From the NCBI GenBank assembly GCA_039794085.1, contig JBDIWC010000056.1, positions 1-22,469 on the forward strand: a stretch of DNA of 22,469 nucleotides, written 5' to 3'. The notes under the pieces were generated by a model. It was not told where the DNA came from, searched no databases, and saw nothing but the letters and a program-made list of their open reading frames with translations. This document shows positions 1-8,256 of the stretch, piece after piece; the stretch's first letter is position 1; every line of letters begins with the position of its first letter. The translations under genes and the position numbers were made by a program. The stretch comes from Gemmatimonadales bacterium. GTDB lineage: Bacteria > Gemmatimonadota > Gemmatimonadetes > Gemmatimonadales > GWC2-71-9.

Positions 1-53
1 CAGAGATCCTGTTTCTGTGCCGGGGTCAGCCCCGGCCGGTCGGTTCGTATCAT
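1..53 (-). CDS. IS30-family transposase, N-terminal fragment (runs off the window)
   Basis: ATG at 53 with GAGG 7 nt upstream. Translates MIRTDRPGLTPAQKQDL(W), resembling the 'RPGLS..QK.ELW' N-terminus of IS30 transposases. Not in the ORF track. Confidence 0.6.
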   Translation of the reverse strand, partial: MIRTDRPGLTPAQKQDL

Positions 54-115
54 CGGGCAACCTCTTCCGTGGAGGACTTCGAAGGAAGATGTTGCATCGA
101 CCCATTGAATGCACC
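1..115 (-). mobile_element. IS30-family insertion sequence, left end (truncated by the window edge)
   Basis: Minus strand 115->90 reads GGTGCATTCAATGGGTCGATGCAACA. This matches the E. coli IS30 left IR as I recall it (TGTAGATTCAATTGGTCAACGCAACA) at about 20/26 positions. It is followed inward by GAGG and an ATG that opens an IS30-like transposase N-terminus. Confidence 0.7.
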
Positions 116-717
116 ACTTCAAACTTCAAACTTCCCACCAGCAGGTGCGCAATCGTGGTCTCCCGACCGGTGGTCTCAGCGGCCAGAACCTGCTCGGTCT
201 GCTCGAATGCGGCGAGGTCGAAGAGTTGGGGAGGGAGAGCCGCATAATCCGGGTGGAGATCGATGATGGGGCAGGCGTTGTCCAGGGTGTCGTGAGCGGT
301 GGCCATGGGAACACCCATCACCCGGCATACCAGGGGGCGGTCCTCGTAGATCCGGCACCGCCCCTCCGGGTCGAGGAGGGGGCACGGCTCATCCGCCATC
401 GCGTCACACAGGGCATCGAACCGGTCCTCGCCGAGTGTCGCGATGTCCCAGGGTGATTTCCAGTGTGGCTCGAGATCCGCCATCTCCTCCACCTGGTCCC
501 GGGCGACGGCCATCACCTCCGCCTGCTGCTCCGGAGGGAGAGAGCGGACCGCGGCGAGAACCAGAGCTGAGTCGAGGGCGCTGATGTCGAAGGGACCATG
601 GCAGCAGGCGCTGCAACCGGCTCGGCAGGGGATCACGCCGGGGTGTCGTCGCTGCACGTCGCCCGACCAGCGGTCCAGGTCCTGGAGCAGGGTGCGGTAA
701 GCGACCGGGTCGCTCAT
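1..717 (-). CDS. YkgJ-family Cys-cluster (Zn/Fe-chelating) protein; 3' end reads into the IS, no stop in window
   Basis: Hand translation from ATG 717 (ATGA overlap with the upstream gene's stop): MSDPVAYRTLLQDLDRW...IPCRAGCSACCHGPFDIS...EPCPLLDPEGRCRIYEDRPLVCRVMG...NACP. These are the CxxGCxxCC and CPLL..CxIYxxRPxxCR motifs. Missing from the ORF track because the frame has no stop. Confidence 0.85.
   Translation of the reverse strand, partial: MSDPVAYRTLLQDLDRWSGDVQRRHPGVIPCRAGCSACCHGPFDISALDSALVLAAVRSLPPEQQAEVMAVARDQVEEMADLEPHWKSPWDIATLGEDRFDALCDAMADEPCPLLDPEGRCRIYEDRPLVCRVMGVPMATAHDTLDNACPIIDLHPDYAALPPQLFDLAAFEQTEQVLAAETTGRETTIAHLLVGSLKFEVVHSMGRCNIFLRSPPRKRLPDDTNRPAGADPGTETGSL
116..136. 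repeat. Short heptamer tandem repeat (ACTTCAA)2-ACTTCCC next to the IS end
   Basis: acttcaa acttcaa acttccc read directly from the sequence. Confidence 0.6.
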
Positions 718-1100
718 GCGGGAGGAGGTCGGCGGAAGGCGGCCGCCAGGGCGAGCCACCCCGCCAGGAACATCACTCCGCCAATTGGAGTGACGGCCCC
801 GAGCCAGCGAGCTTCCGTCAGGACCAGCAGGTAGAGACTCCCGGAAAACACCAGCGACCCGATGACGAAGAGCCACCCGGCGAGACGAGCACCCGAGTCC
901 GGGGCATGGCTGGTTCGCCAGGCCGCAAACAACGTTCCGAGGGCGTGGTACATCTGGTATCGCACCCCGGTCTCGAAGACGGCGAGATCCTCCGGGCTCA
1001 GGCTGGCGCGAAGGGCATGCGCACCGAAGGCGCCGATCGCGACCGCCAGGCCGGCGAGCACGGAACCGGCGACGGCCAGGTGCCGGGCCGGAGCGGTCAC
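714..1100 (-). CDS. DUF423 (YgdD/TMEM256-like) small membrane protein
   Basis: GAFGAH, ETGVRYQMYHAL, FSGSLY and GAVTPIGG motifs. GTG start at 1100 overlaps the stop of the upstream gene (GTGA). Confidence 0.9.
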   Translation of the reverse strand: MTAPARHLAVAGSVLAGLAVAIGAFGAHALRASLSPEDLAVFETGVRYQMYHALGTLFAAWRTSHAPDSGARLAGWLFVIGSLVFSGSLYLLVLTEARWLGAVTPIGGVMFLAGWLALAAAFRRPPPA

Positions 1101-1762
1101 TTCTGCTCCCGTCCCGCCCAAGCCCCGAGGAGAGCCAGTGCCGGGAGGCCGAACAGAAGTGCCCTGGCCACGGTATCGGGAGAAGAGGGATCGGGACCGA
1201 ACAGCATTCCGAGGAAGAGGAGGACCAGAACGCCAGCAAAGAGGGCCAGGGGACCGATGCGGACCTGGTGCCGGTGAGTCCGATGGACGGTGATGAAGAC
1301 CCAGAGCCCTGCGGCCAGGAGCCCGAGTTCAACCACCATGGTGCCGGGGAGACTGTGCGCCAGTCCGAGGCCGAACCGGGCGGAGTCGGCGCCGGAGACG
1401 GGAAGGGATCCGGGAGTGGAGACGAGATCGAGGAGGAGATGGGACAGGGCGGCCACACTCACGAGGACGGAGGCGCGAAAGTGGCCCGCAGTGTCCCGGG
1501 TGGGCCGGGAGTAGTACACGGCACCGAGCACGACGGCCCAGAGGACCACGCCGGCCAATCCGTGGCTGATCGGGACGCGGTCCAGGACCACGGAGGATGT
1601 GGCGGTGGCCCCGGGCACGATGGCGACGTGCTCCCAGCCGAGGAGGAGAGTGACGCCGAGGAGGATGTCACTCAGCCAGGCGGCGAAGAGCAGCGTGCCC
1701 AGGGACACCTTGGGGTGAAGGCGTTGGAGGGCGAGTGCGACACCGGCATGACCAAGGAACAT
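1097..1762 (-). CDS. Membrane-bound metal-dependent hydrolase (YbcI/YdjM-like)
   Basis: MFLGH, D in 'WLSDIL', SHGL and SHLLLD motifs in a multi-TM protein. AGGAG RBS upstream. Confidence 0.75.
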   Translation of the reverse strand: MFLGHAGVALALQRLHPKVSLGTLLFAAWLSDILLGVTLLLGWEHVAIVPGATATSSVVLDRVPISHGLAGVVLWAVVLGAVYYSRPTRDTAGHFRASVLVSVAALSHLLLDLVSTPGSLPVSGADSARFGLGLAHSLPGTMVVELGLLAAGLWVFITVHRTHRHQVRIGPLALFAGVLVLLFLGMLFGPDPSSPDTVARALLFGLPALALLGAWAGREQK

Positions 1763-1786
1763 CGATTCGCTCCTGGAGCGGGAGGG

Positions 1787-2704
1787 TCACGTGGGACGGG
1801 TGCTGTCTGCTTCCTCGTGGTCAACCGCCATCCCCATGGCATGGTACCCATTGTCGACGTACAGGATGGTACCCGTGATGGCTGAAGCGAGGGGGCTGGC
1901 CAGAAACGCGGCCGCGGAACCGACGTCCTCGGGGACGAACTCGCGGTTCAGCGGGGAATTGGTCTTGTAGTAGGCCATCATCCGCTCGATCAGTCCGATA
2001 GCGGTCGCCGCCCGGGAGGCCCAGGGACCGGCGGAGATGGTATTGACTCGCACGCCCCATCGCTGCCCCGCCTCCCAGGCGAGAGTGCGGGTGTCGGCTT
2101 CGAGTGCCGCCTTGGCCGCGGACATGCCACCACCATATCCCGGAATCACCCGTTGCCCCGCGAGGTAGGTGAGGGAGAGGAAGTTTCCTCCCGGACGCAT
2201 CATCGGCGCGAAGGTGCGGACAAAGGCGACATTACTGTAGGCACTCACGTTGATGGCGTCGAGGTAACCCCGGCGCGACGTGTCCACCAGGGCTTTCTTC
2301 ACTTCGGGGGCGTTGGCCAGGCTGTGGACCACGATGTCGAGTCCCTGGTGCCCGAAATCCTCCACGAGGCGACCGGCCACGCCGGCCACGGTGAAGTCTC
2401 CCTCCTCCCGGTAGCGCTTGTTGTCCCGGATCTCCTCGGGCACATCCGCCATGGTATCGTAGGCGGCGTCGAGGGGATAGATCCGCTCGAAGGCCAGGGC
2501 CGATCCATCGGAGAGACGCATGCTGTCGCCAAGCTTTCCCCGCTCGAGGAGCTTCCGGAAGATGCCGAGAGCCGGGGGCCAGGTGCCGAGGCAGACGGTC
2601 GCTCCCGCCTCGATGAGGGCCTTGGCGATGGCAAATCCGAAGCCGCCGTCGTCCGCGACGCCGGCCACGAAAGCACGTTTCCCGCGAAGATCGATCCCGA
2701 GCAT
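1787..2704 (-). CDS. fabI: Enoyl-ACP reductase (NADH), plant/chlamydial-type FabI
   Basis: IDLRGKRAFVAGVADDGGFGFAIAKAL, GTWPPAL, VHSLANAPEV, YGGGMSAAKAALE, VNTISAGP and YVDNG. Start placed at ATG 2704. Confidence 0.92.
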   Translation of the reverse strand: MLGIDLRGKRAFVAGVADDGGFGFAIAKALIEAGATVCLGTWPPALGIFRKLLERGKLGDSMRLSDGSALAFERIYPLDAAYDTMADVPEEIRDNKRYREEGDFTVAGVAGRLVEDFGHQGLDIVVHSLANAPEVKKALVDTSRRGYLDAINVSAYSNVAFVRTFAPMMRPGGNFLSLTYLAGQRVIPGYGGGMSAAKAALEADTRTLAWEAGQRWGVRVNTISAGPWASRAATAIGLIERMMAYYKTNSPLNREFVPEDVGSAAAFLASPLASAITGTILYVDNGYHAMGMAVDHEEADSTRPT

Positions 2705-2780
2705 GAGGTTCAGGAACCCTCGTGTTGGAGTGGAAGGAATGCGGGAAAGTACCGCCCCCCGACCCGGAACACCAACCCGG

Positions 2781-5348
2781 CTATTCGCTCCGGAGGACCT
2801 CCAGCGGGGTCCGCTTGAGGATGGTGGCACTGCTCCAGAGCCCGACCCCGAGTGTCAGGGCCACCAGGCCGCTGGTGACGGCCACGAGTTGGGGAAGGGG
2901 CACGCGGAACCGCGTGTCGAAGACAAAGGTGGCCAGAGCCCATCCTGCCGCCGACGCGAGGACCACCGAGATGGAGGTCGCCAGGAGGCCCAGGGCCGCG
3001 TACTCCGTGAGAATGATGCGAAGCACCTGGCGCCGCGTGGCGCCCAGGGTCTTCAGCAGAACCGCCTCGCGAATCCGCTGGAAGCGGTTGGTCGACACCG
3101 CACCGATCAGCACGATGGCTCCGGTCAGCAGGCTGAACCCCGCCATGAACCGGATCGCCAGCGCGACCCGGTCGATGATGTTCTGGATGGCGTTCTGCAG
3201 CAGGGAGAGGTCGAGCGAGGTGACGTTGGGGAATGACTCGGCCAGCCGACGCTGGACCGTCCCCCGGTTGGCGGGATCGTCGATGCGGGCCAGAGTGGCC
3301 ATCATCTGTGGGGCCCGTTCCAGGGCGCCCGGTTCGAACACCACGAAGAAATTGGGTTCGAGCCGGCCCCAGTCGATCTCCCGCAGGCTGGCGATGACGG
3401 TGCGGATCTCGATGCCTTGCACGTCCCAGACGATGTGGTCCCCGAGAGACACCCCCAGCTCGGCGGCCACGCCCTCATCCACGGAGACGCGCGCGGTACC
3501 GCTCGGGGCGGTGGGAGCGTCGGCCCACCACGTTCCCGCCACGATCCGTTCGGTGGCCACGAGGGTGTCGCGATAGGTGGACCGGTACTCCCGGCGAATG
3601 GCCCAGGAATCCCGCAGGGCGAGCGTGCTGTCCGCCTCTTCCACCCGGGCGGCGGTATCCCGTCCCGCGATCGCGCGGATCCGCATGGGGACGATCGGGA
3701 CGATCGGGGTGGAACGGACTCCGGCGTCCCGAAGGAGACCTTCCACGCCCTCCCGCTGGTCCGGCTGGATGTCGTAGAACGCGATGTTGGGCCGGGAGTC
3801 GTCCACCTCGACGCTGATTTCACTCAGGAGGTTGTCCTGGATCAGGAAGAGGGTGCTGAGCAGGAATGCCCCGAACCCGAGCGCGAGGACGATGGTGACG
3901 GTCTGATTGGCGGGCCGGTAGAGGTTGGCCAGACCCTGTCGCAGGAGATAGGGCCACCGGGGCCGGAGAATGCGCCGCACGGCCCAGGTGAGACTCTTGG
4001 CGGCCGCGGCAAGAGTCAGGATCACGACAGCGATCCCCCCGGCGAAGCCGAGCCCTTCGAGCCACTCACCGGCCTGGATGACGGCCAGGGCCACCACGGT
4101 GAGCCCGAGAAGGAGGACCGCCCCGATCGCGAAGGGATCGCGGTGGCTCTTCCGGGTTTCGACATCCCGCCTCAGGGTCACGAGGGGGGAGACGCGCCGC
4201 ACTCCGGCCAGGGGGAGGAGAGCAAAGATGGCGGCCACCCAGAGCCCGAGTCCGATCCCGAGTCCCACGGCCCGCGGGGAGATCGCCACCTCCACATCGA
4301 CCGGGAGGAGGTCGCCGAGCATCCCGGGCAGGGCCTGCTGGATGCCGACCCCGATGGCCGCGCCCAGGATGCTGCCCAGGGCCCCCATGACGAGTGCCTG
4401 GAGGAGATACACGGCGAACACGTCCCCGGCCGAGGCACCGAGACAGCGGAGGATGGCGATGGTGTCGAGCCGCTGGCGGATGAAGACATGCACCGCGCTG
4501 GCCACACCAAGCCCTCCGAGGAGAAGGGCGATCAGCGCCACCAGGCCGAGATAGTTCCCCATGCGCGTCAGGGTGTCGCTCAAGTCCTCGCGGTCATCCT
4601 CCACGGTTCGGATCCGGACCCGCTCGGGCCGCAGGACGGGCCGGTACTCCTCGGCGATGACCTCGGCGTCGGCGGCGCCGGAGGGAAGTTTGAGATAGGT
4701 TTCGTACTCGGCGCGGGCCCCGAACTGCAGGAGGCCCGTGGACGCGAGGTCCCGGCCGGCGATCCAGACCGGGGGCCCGAAGGCCCCCTGGACTCCGAAG
4801 CTGCCGGGGGCGTCGATCACGGTCCCGGCGATGAGGAAACGGGATTCTCCCAGGGAGAGAGTATCTCCCGGCACCGCATCGAGAATGCTGAGCAGACTCG
4901 GGTCCACCAGGATGCGCCCTCCCGACTGGAGGTCGTGCCAGGCCCCCGCCGGTACTGTCTGATAGGTCCCGTACCAGGGATAGCCCGAATCCACCGCCTG
5001 AACCTGCACCAGGCGAACACCCGCGGTCCGCGGCACGTAGGCCATGCCGGAGAACGACACCACCGTGGCACGGGCTCCCGACGGATCGGAACCGGGGGTG
5101 GCGATCAAGGAGTCGGCCAGGAGGGAGGCCCGCTCCGGCAGGGGCTCCCGGCTCCGGAAGGCCATGTCGGCGCCGAGAAGCTCCCGGGCCTGCCGGTTCA
5201 CCGAGACCCGCAGGTTGTCGGTGAAGGCGTTGATGGCCACGAGCGCGGCCACGCCGATCGTGATGGCCCCGGTGAGGAAGGCGAGTCGGCGGCGAGCGCC
5301 CCGGCTCTCCCGGAGGGCCATGCGGAGAACGAAACGAGGCCGGATCAT
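2781..5348 (-). CDS. ybbP: ABC transporter permease, YbbP/FtsX-like (two MacB/FtsX modules)
   Basis: 855 aa; RELLGAD, AILRCLGA, PNFFVVF and LKTLGA motifs. Coupled to the upstream ATPase and next to tesA. Confidence 0.88.
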   Translation of the reverse strand: MIRPRFVLRMALRESRGARRRLAFLTGAITIGVAALVAINAFTDNLRVSVNRQARELLGADMAFRSREPLPERASLLADSLIATPGSDPSGARATVVSFSGMAYVPRTAGVRLVQVQAVDSGYPWYGTYQTVPAGAWHDLQSGGRILVDPSLLSILDAVPGDTLSLGESRFLIAGTVIDAPGSFGVQGAFGPPVWIAGRDLASTGLLQFGARAEYETYLKLPSGAADAEVIAEEYRPVLRPERVRIRTVEDDREDLSDTLTRMGNYLGLVALIALLLGGLGVASAVHVFIRQRLDTIAILRCLGASAGDVFAVYLLQALVMGALGSILGAAIGVGIQQALPGMLGDLLPVDVEVAISPRAVGLGIGLGLWVAAIFALLPLAGVRRVSPLVTLRRDVETRKSHRDPFAIGAVLLLGLTVVALAVIQAGEWLEGLGFAGGIAVVILTLAAAAKSLTWAVRRILRPRWPYLLRQGLANLYRPANQTVTIVLALGFGAFLLSTLFLIQDNLLSEISVEVDDSRPNIAFYDIQPDQREGVEGLLRDAGVRSTPIVPIVPMRIRAIAGRDTAARVEEADSTLALRDSWAIRREYRSTYRDTLVATERIVAGTWWADAPTAPSGTARVSVDEGVAAELGVSLGDHIVWDVQGIEIRTVIASLREIDWGRLEPNFFVVFEPGALERAPQMMATLARIDDPANRGTVQRRLAESFPNVTSLDLSLLQNAIQNIIDRVALAIRFMAGFSLLTGAIVLIGAVSTNRFQRIREAVLLKTLGATRRQVLRIILTEYAALGLLATSISVVLASAAGWALATFVFDTRFRVPLPQLVAVTSGLVALTLGVGLWSSATILKRTPLEVLRSE

Positions 5349-6016
5349 ACTCCGGTGTCCTCGATGACCTGCCCGTCGGCCAGGCGGATGGTGCGGCCCG
5401 CCAGTCCGGCCAGGCCGGGGTCATGGGTCACCAGAACGAGTGTCGTACCCGACTCGCGGTTCAATTCGCGCATGAGCTCGATGATTGTCTGACCCGTCTT
5501 CGCGTCGAGGTTGCCGGTGGGCTCGTCGGCAAAGAGAATGCGGGGCCGGATGGAAAAGGCGCGAGCCAGGGCCACCCGTTGCTGCTCACCCCCGGAGAGC
5601 TGGGCCGGGTAGTGGTCCAGGCGGTCTCCCAGGCCGACGTGGATCAGGAGCGACTCGGCCCGCTCGGTCGAGGGCTCTCCGCGGAGCTCGAGGGGAACCT
5701 GGACGTTTTCCCGGGCGGTCAGGGTGGGGATGAGATGGAAGGACTGGAAGACGAACCCCACCCGTTCGGCACGGAGCTGGGCCCGGGCATCCTCATCGAG
5801 GGTGCCCAGGTCCCGGCCGTCGAGCACGACCCGGCCGGATGCGGGGCGGTCCAGTCCCGCCAGAAGGCCGAGGAGAGTGGTCTTTCCGCTCCCGCTCGGT
5901 CCGATGATCGCGAGGAACGCTCCTTCGGGGAGCGCAAAGGTGATATCGTTCAGCACCGTCAGTGGCCTGCCGCCGGAAAGGTAGGTCTGCGTCAGCGACT
6001 CGCATTGCAGGATCAC
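5345..6016 (-). CDS. ybbA: ABC transporter ATP-binding protein, YbbA/LolD-like
   Basis: Walker [41 protein letters not shown] and VTHD. Confidence 0.92.
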   Translation of the reverse strand: MILQCESLTQTYLSGGRPLTVLNDITFALPEGAFLAIIGPSGSGKTTLLGLLAGLDRPASGRVVLDGRDLGTLDEDARAQLRAERVGFVFQSFHLIPTLTARENVQVPLELRGEPSTERAESLLIHVGLGDRLDHYPAQLSGGEQQRVALARAFSIRPRILFADEPTGNLDAKTGQTIIELMRELNRESGTTLVLVTHDPGLAGLAGRTIRLADGQVIEDTGV

Positions 6017-6019
6017 GAC

Positions 6020-6784
6020 ATGCTCCCTGGTGTTCCGTTTCGTGTGGCAAGAGCCGGACAGCTCCTTCCGGTCCTCCTGGTGACCTTCTTATACGCTGCA
6101 TGTGGGGGTGAGGATTCCCCCCCCCTGCGGGACGACGATCCCCCTCGGAGACCCTCCCCCTCCTCCTCCCCCTCCTCCGAGCCGGGCGCCGAGGTCCGCG
6201 AATCGGGACCGGCCATCCTCTTCCTCGGAACGAGCTTGACGGCGGGATTCGGGGTGGATCCCGGCCAGGCCTTTCCCGACCTTCTCCAGCCCCGGTTGCA
6301 CGAGGCGGGGCTCCGCTACCGCGTGATCAATGCGGGTGTGAGCGGCGAGACCTCGGCGGGAGCAGTGCGCCGGATCGACTGGGTGCTCGACCAGCCGGGC
6401 ATCGAGTACGTGGTGCTCGAAACGGGGGCCAATGACGGGCTCCGGGGACAGGAGGTCGACAGCCTGCGATCGAACCTGCTGGCCATCATTGCGCGGGTCC
6501 GGCAGGACCTCCCCGCCGACCGCATCCTCCTGGTCGGCATGGAGGCGCTGCCCAATCTCGGCCCGCAATATACCACGCGGTTCCGGCAGGTCTATCCGGA
6601 TGTCGTCCGGCACACGGGGGTGCGGTTCCTTCCGTTCCTTCTGGAGGGTGTGGCCGGCGTGGACAGTCTCAACCAGGCGGATGGCATTCACCCCTCCCCG
6701 AGGGGGCATGCCCGCGTGGCCGACCATCTCTGGCCCGCGCTCGAATCGATGCTGCGGGGGGAGGGGGAGGGGGAGGGAGGTTGA
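6020..6784 (+). CDS. tesA: Arylesterase/acyl-CoA thioesterase I (SGNH hydrolase), predicted lipoprotein
   Basis: GTSLTAGFG, NAGVSGETSAG, ETGANDGLRG and DGIHP catalytic blocks. N-terminal signal with lipobox-like YAAC. Divergent from ybbA. Confidence 0.88.
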   Translation: MLPGVPFRVARAGQLLPVLLVTFLYAACGGEDSPPLRDDDPPRRPSPSSSPSSEPGAEVRESGPAILFLGTSLTAGFGVDPGQAFPDLLQPRLHEAGLRYRVINAGVSGETSAGAVRRIDWVLDQPGIEYVVLETGANDGLRGQEVDSLRSNLLAIIARVRQDLPADRILLVGMEALPNLGPQYTTRFRQVYPDVVRHTGVRFLPFLLEGVAGVDSLNQADGIHPSPRGHARVADHLWPALESMLRGEGEGEGG

Positions 6785-6796
6785 GGCGAACCCGAG

Positions 6797-8113
6797 TCAG
6801 GGTGTCGTGGCGGTGGCGGAGAAGGCGGTAAGGAGCGAGGTGCCGGGAAGGGATGCCAGCACGGCCTGCACTCCCGCCACCGGACCCAGGGTCCAGTCCA
6901 CCCGGGCAAACCCAAGCGGATCGGTGAAGGTGACCGATTCGGACAGGGAGCCCCCGCCGCTCAGGACCTGCCACTCCACCCGCACGTTGGGAATCGCATT
7001 GCCGAACTGGTCCAGGACTCGAGCCGAGAGCGGCCCCGGCAAGGTCTGGCCCATGAGGCCGGTCTGCTGGTCCCCCGAAAATCGATCGAGGGCAAAGGGG
7101 AGACCCGGGAGCGCGCTGATCGTGAGGCGCGCCGGAGGGAGCCCCGGAACTTCCGCCGTGAACACCTGGTTGCCGACCAAAGTGCCGAGACGCCCCCCGG
7201 TTCGGGCAATCCCCCCCGGGCCGGTGATGACGGTTCCCTGGTTGACCACCCCACCGGCGGGTGGGAAGAAGTTGACCCGGACACCGGGGACTCCCAGGTT
7301 GTCGCTCGCGAGGACCTGAACCGTGAAGTCCTCGGGGAGCGCTGTTCCGACCTGGGCGGATCGCCCGCCGTTGCTGAGAACGGTGACGGCAGTCGGGGCC
7401 GGGGCGAAGGAGACGACCGTCGAATCACGAGCTCCGGAGGGCGTGGTGACCCGCAGGAGGACGCTTCCCCGCTGGGAGGGCGCCTGGACCTCGCCAATCA
7501 GGGAGACGGGTGCGAGCACGGGATTGCTGGACTCCCAGCTAAGGTACACTGGCGGATCGACCACGATTCCGCCCGTGGAGGCGAGCACACTGAAGCCAAA
7601 CCCCGATCCGAGGGAGAGCACGGTGTCCCGGGGCAGGATCAACAAGTCGGTGATATCCTGCCCCGGGCCGACGAAGTCCACGGGGATTGCCGCCACCGGG
7701 AAGACGTTGATGCCCTCCGCCACTTCGATTCTCTGCTTTCCGGTGAAGAGAAGAAGATCGTCGTCGAACAGGTCGAGCGTGGCATCGAGTTGCTCGGTGG
7801 CGGCCCGCAGGGGGATGGCCACGCGGAGAGCGATCCGGTTCGAGTCGGCGGGGAAGACGATGACGGTGTCGACCAGGGTTTCCAAGGGGAGCCGGACCAG
7901 CCGGAACCGGACCCGATCCACCACCAGGTTGGTGAAGGCCTTGAAGTTGATGTCGGGCGCAAAGGACGGCTGGATGGCGAGGGAGGCCTGTTTGCCCGCG
8001 GGTCCGGTGCCACCGCCATCTCCGCACCCGGACGCGGTGAGCCACCCGGCCACCAGCGCCACACGCCAGAGCCGTCGCCTGCGGGACGAAGGACTTCCCA
8101 TCCGAGCTTTCAT
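6797..8113 (-). CDS. Putative lipoprotein with Ig-like (Big_2/Big_1) domains
   Basis: Arg-rich n-region, hydrophobic stretch, then TASG|C. Contains WESSNP and two invasin-like repeats (VQVLASDNLGVPGVRVNF...T..GG.A; ARVLDQFGNAIPNVRVEW...TDPLGFA). Start uncertain (8125/8113/8101). Confidence 0.7.
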   Translation of the reverse strand: MKARMGSPSSRRRRLWRVALVAGWLTASGCGDGGGTGPAGKQASLAIQPSFAPDINFKAFTNLVVDRVRFRLVRLPLETLVDTVIVFPADSNRIALRVAIPLRAATEQLDATLDLFDDDLLLFTGKQRIEVAEGINVFPVAAIPVDFVGPGQDITDLLILPRDTVLSLGSGFGFSVLASTGGIVVDPPVYLSWESSNPVLAPVSLIGEVQAPSQRGSVLLRVTTPSGARDSTVVSFAPAPTAVTVLSNGGRSAQVGTALPEDFTVQVLASDNLGVPGVRVNFFPPAGGVVNQGTVITGPGGIARTGGRLGTLVGNQVFTAEVPGLPPARLTISALPGLPFALDRFSGDQQTGLMGQTLPGPLSARVLDQFGNAIPNVRVEWQVLSGGGSLSESVTFTDPLGFARVDWTLGPVAGVQAVLASLPGTSLLTAFSATATTP

Positions 8114-8256
8114 GGGAGGAATCATAGGATGATACCCGGTGTGCGGGGAGTGGCCTGCGTCACAAACCGGACAATTCCCTCGGAAGGATGGGGCGTCTTC
8201 CGCAGGAAAACGGAGGCGCTGGGCAGCGATAAGATCATCTCGTGCAATGGTTTGGC

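Noticed and set aside
3417..5492. 691-aa plus-strand ORF
   Set aside because: Antisense shadow of ybbP caused by high GC3 codon bias; no recognisable motifs.
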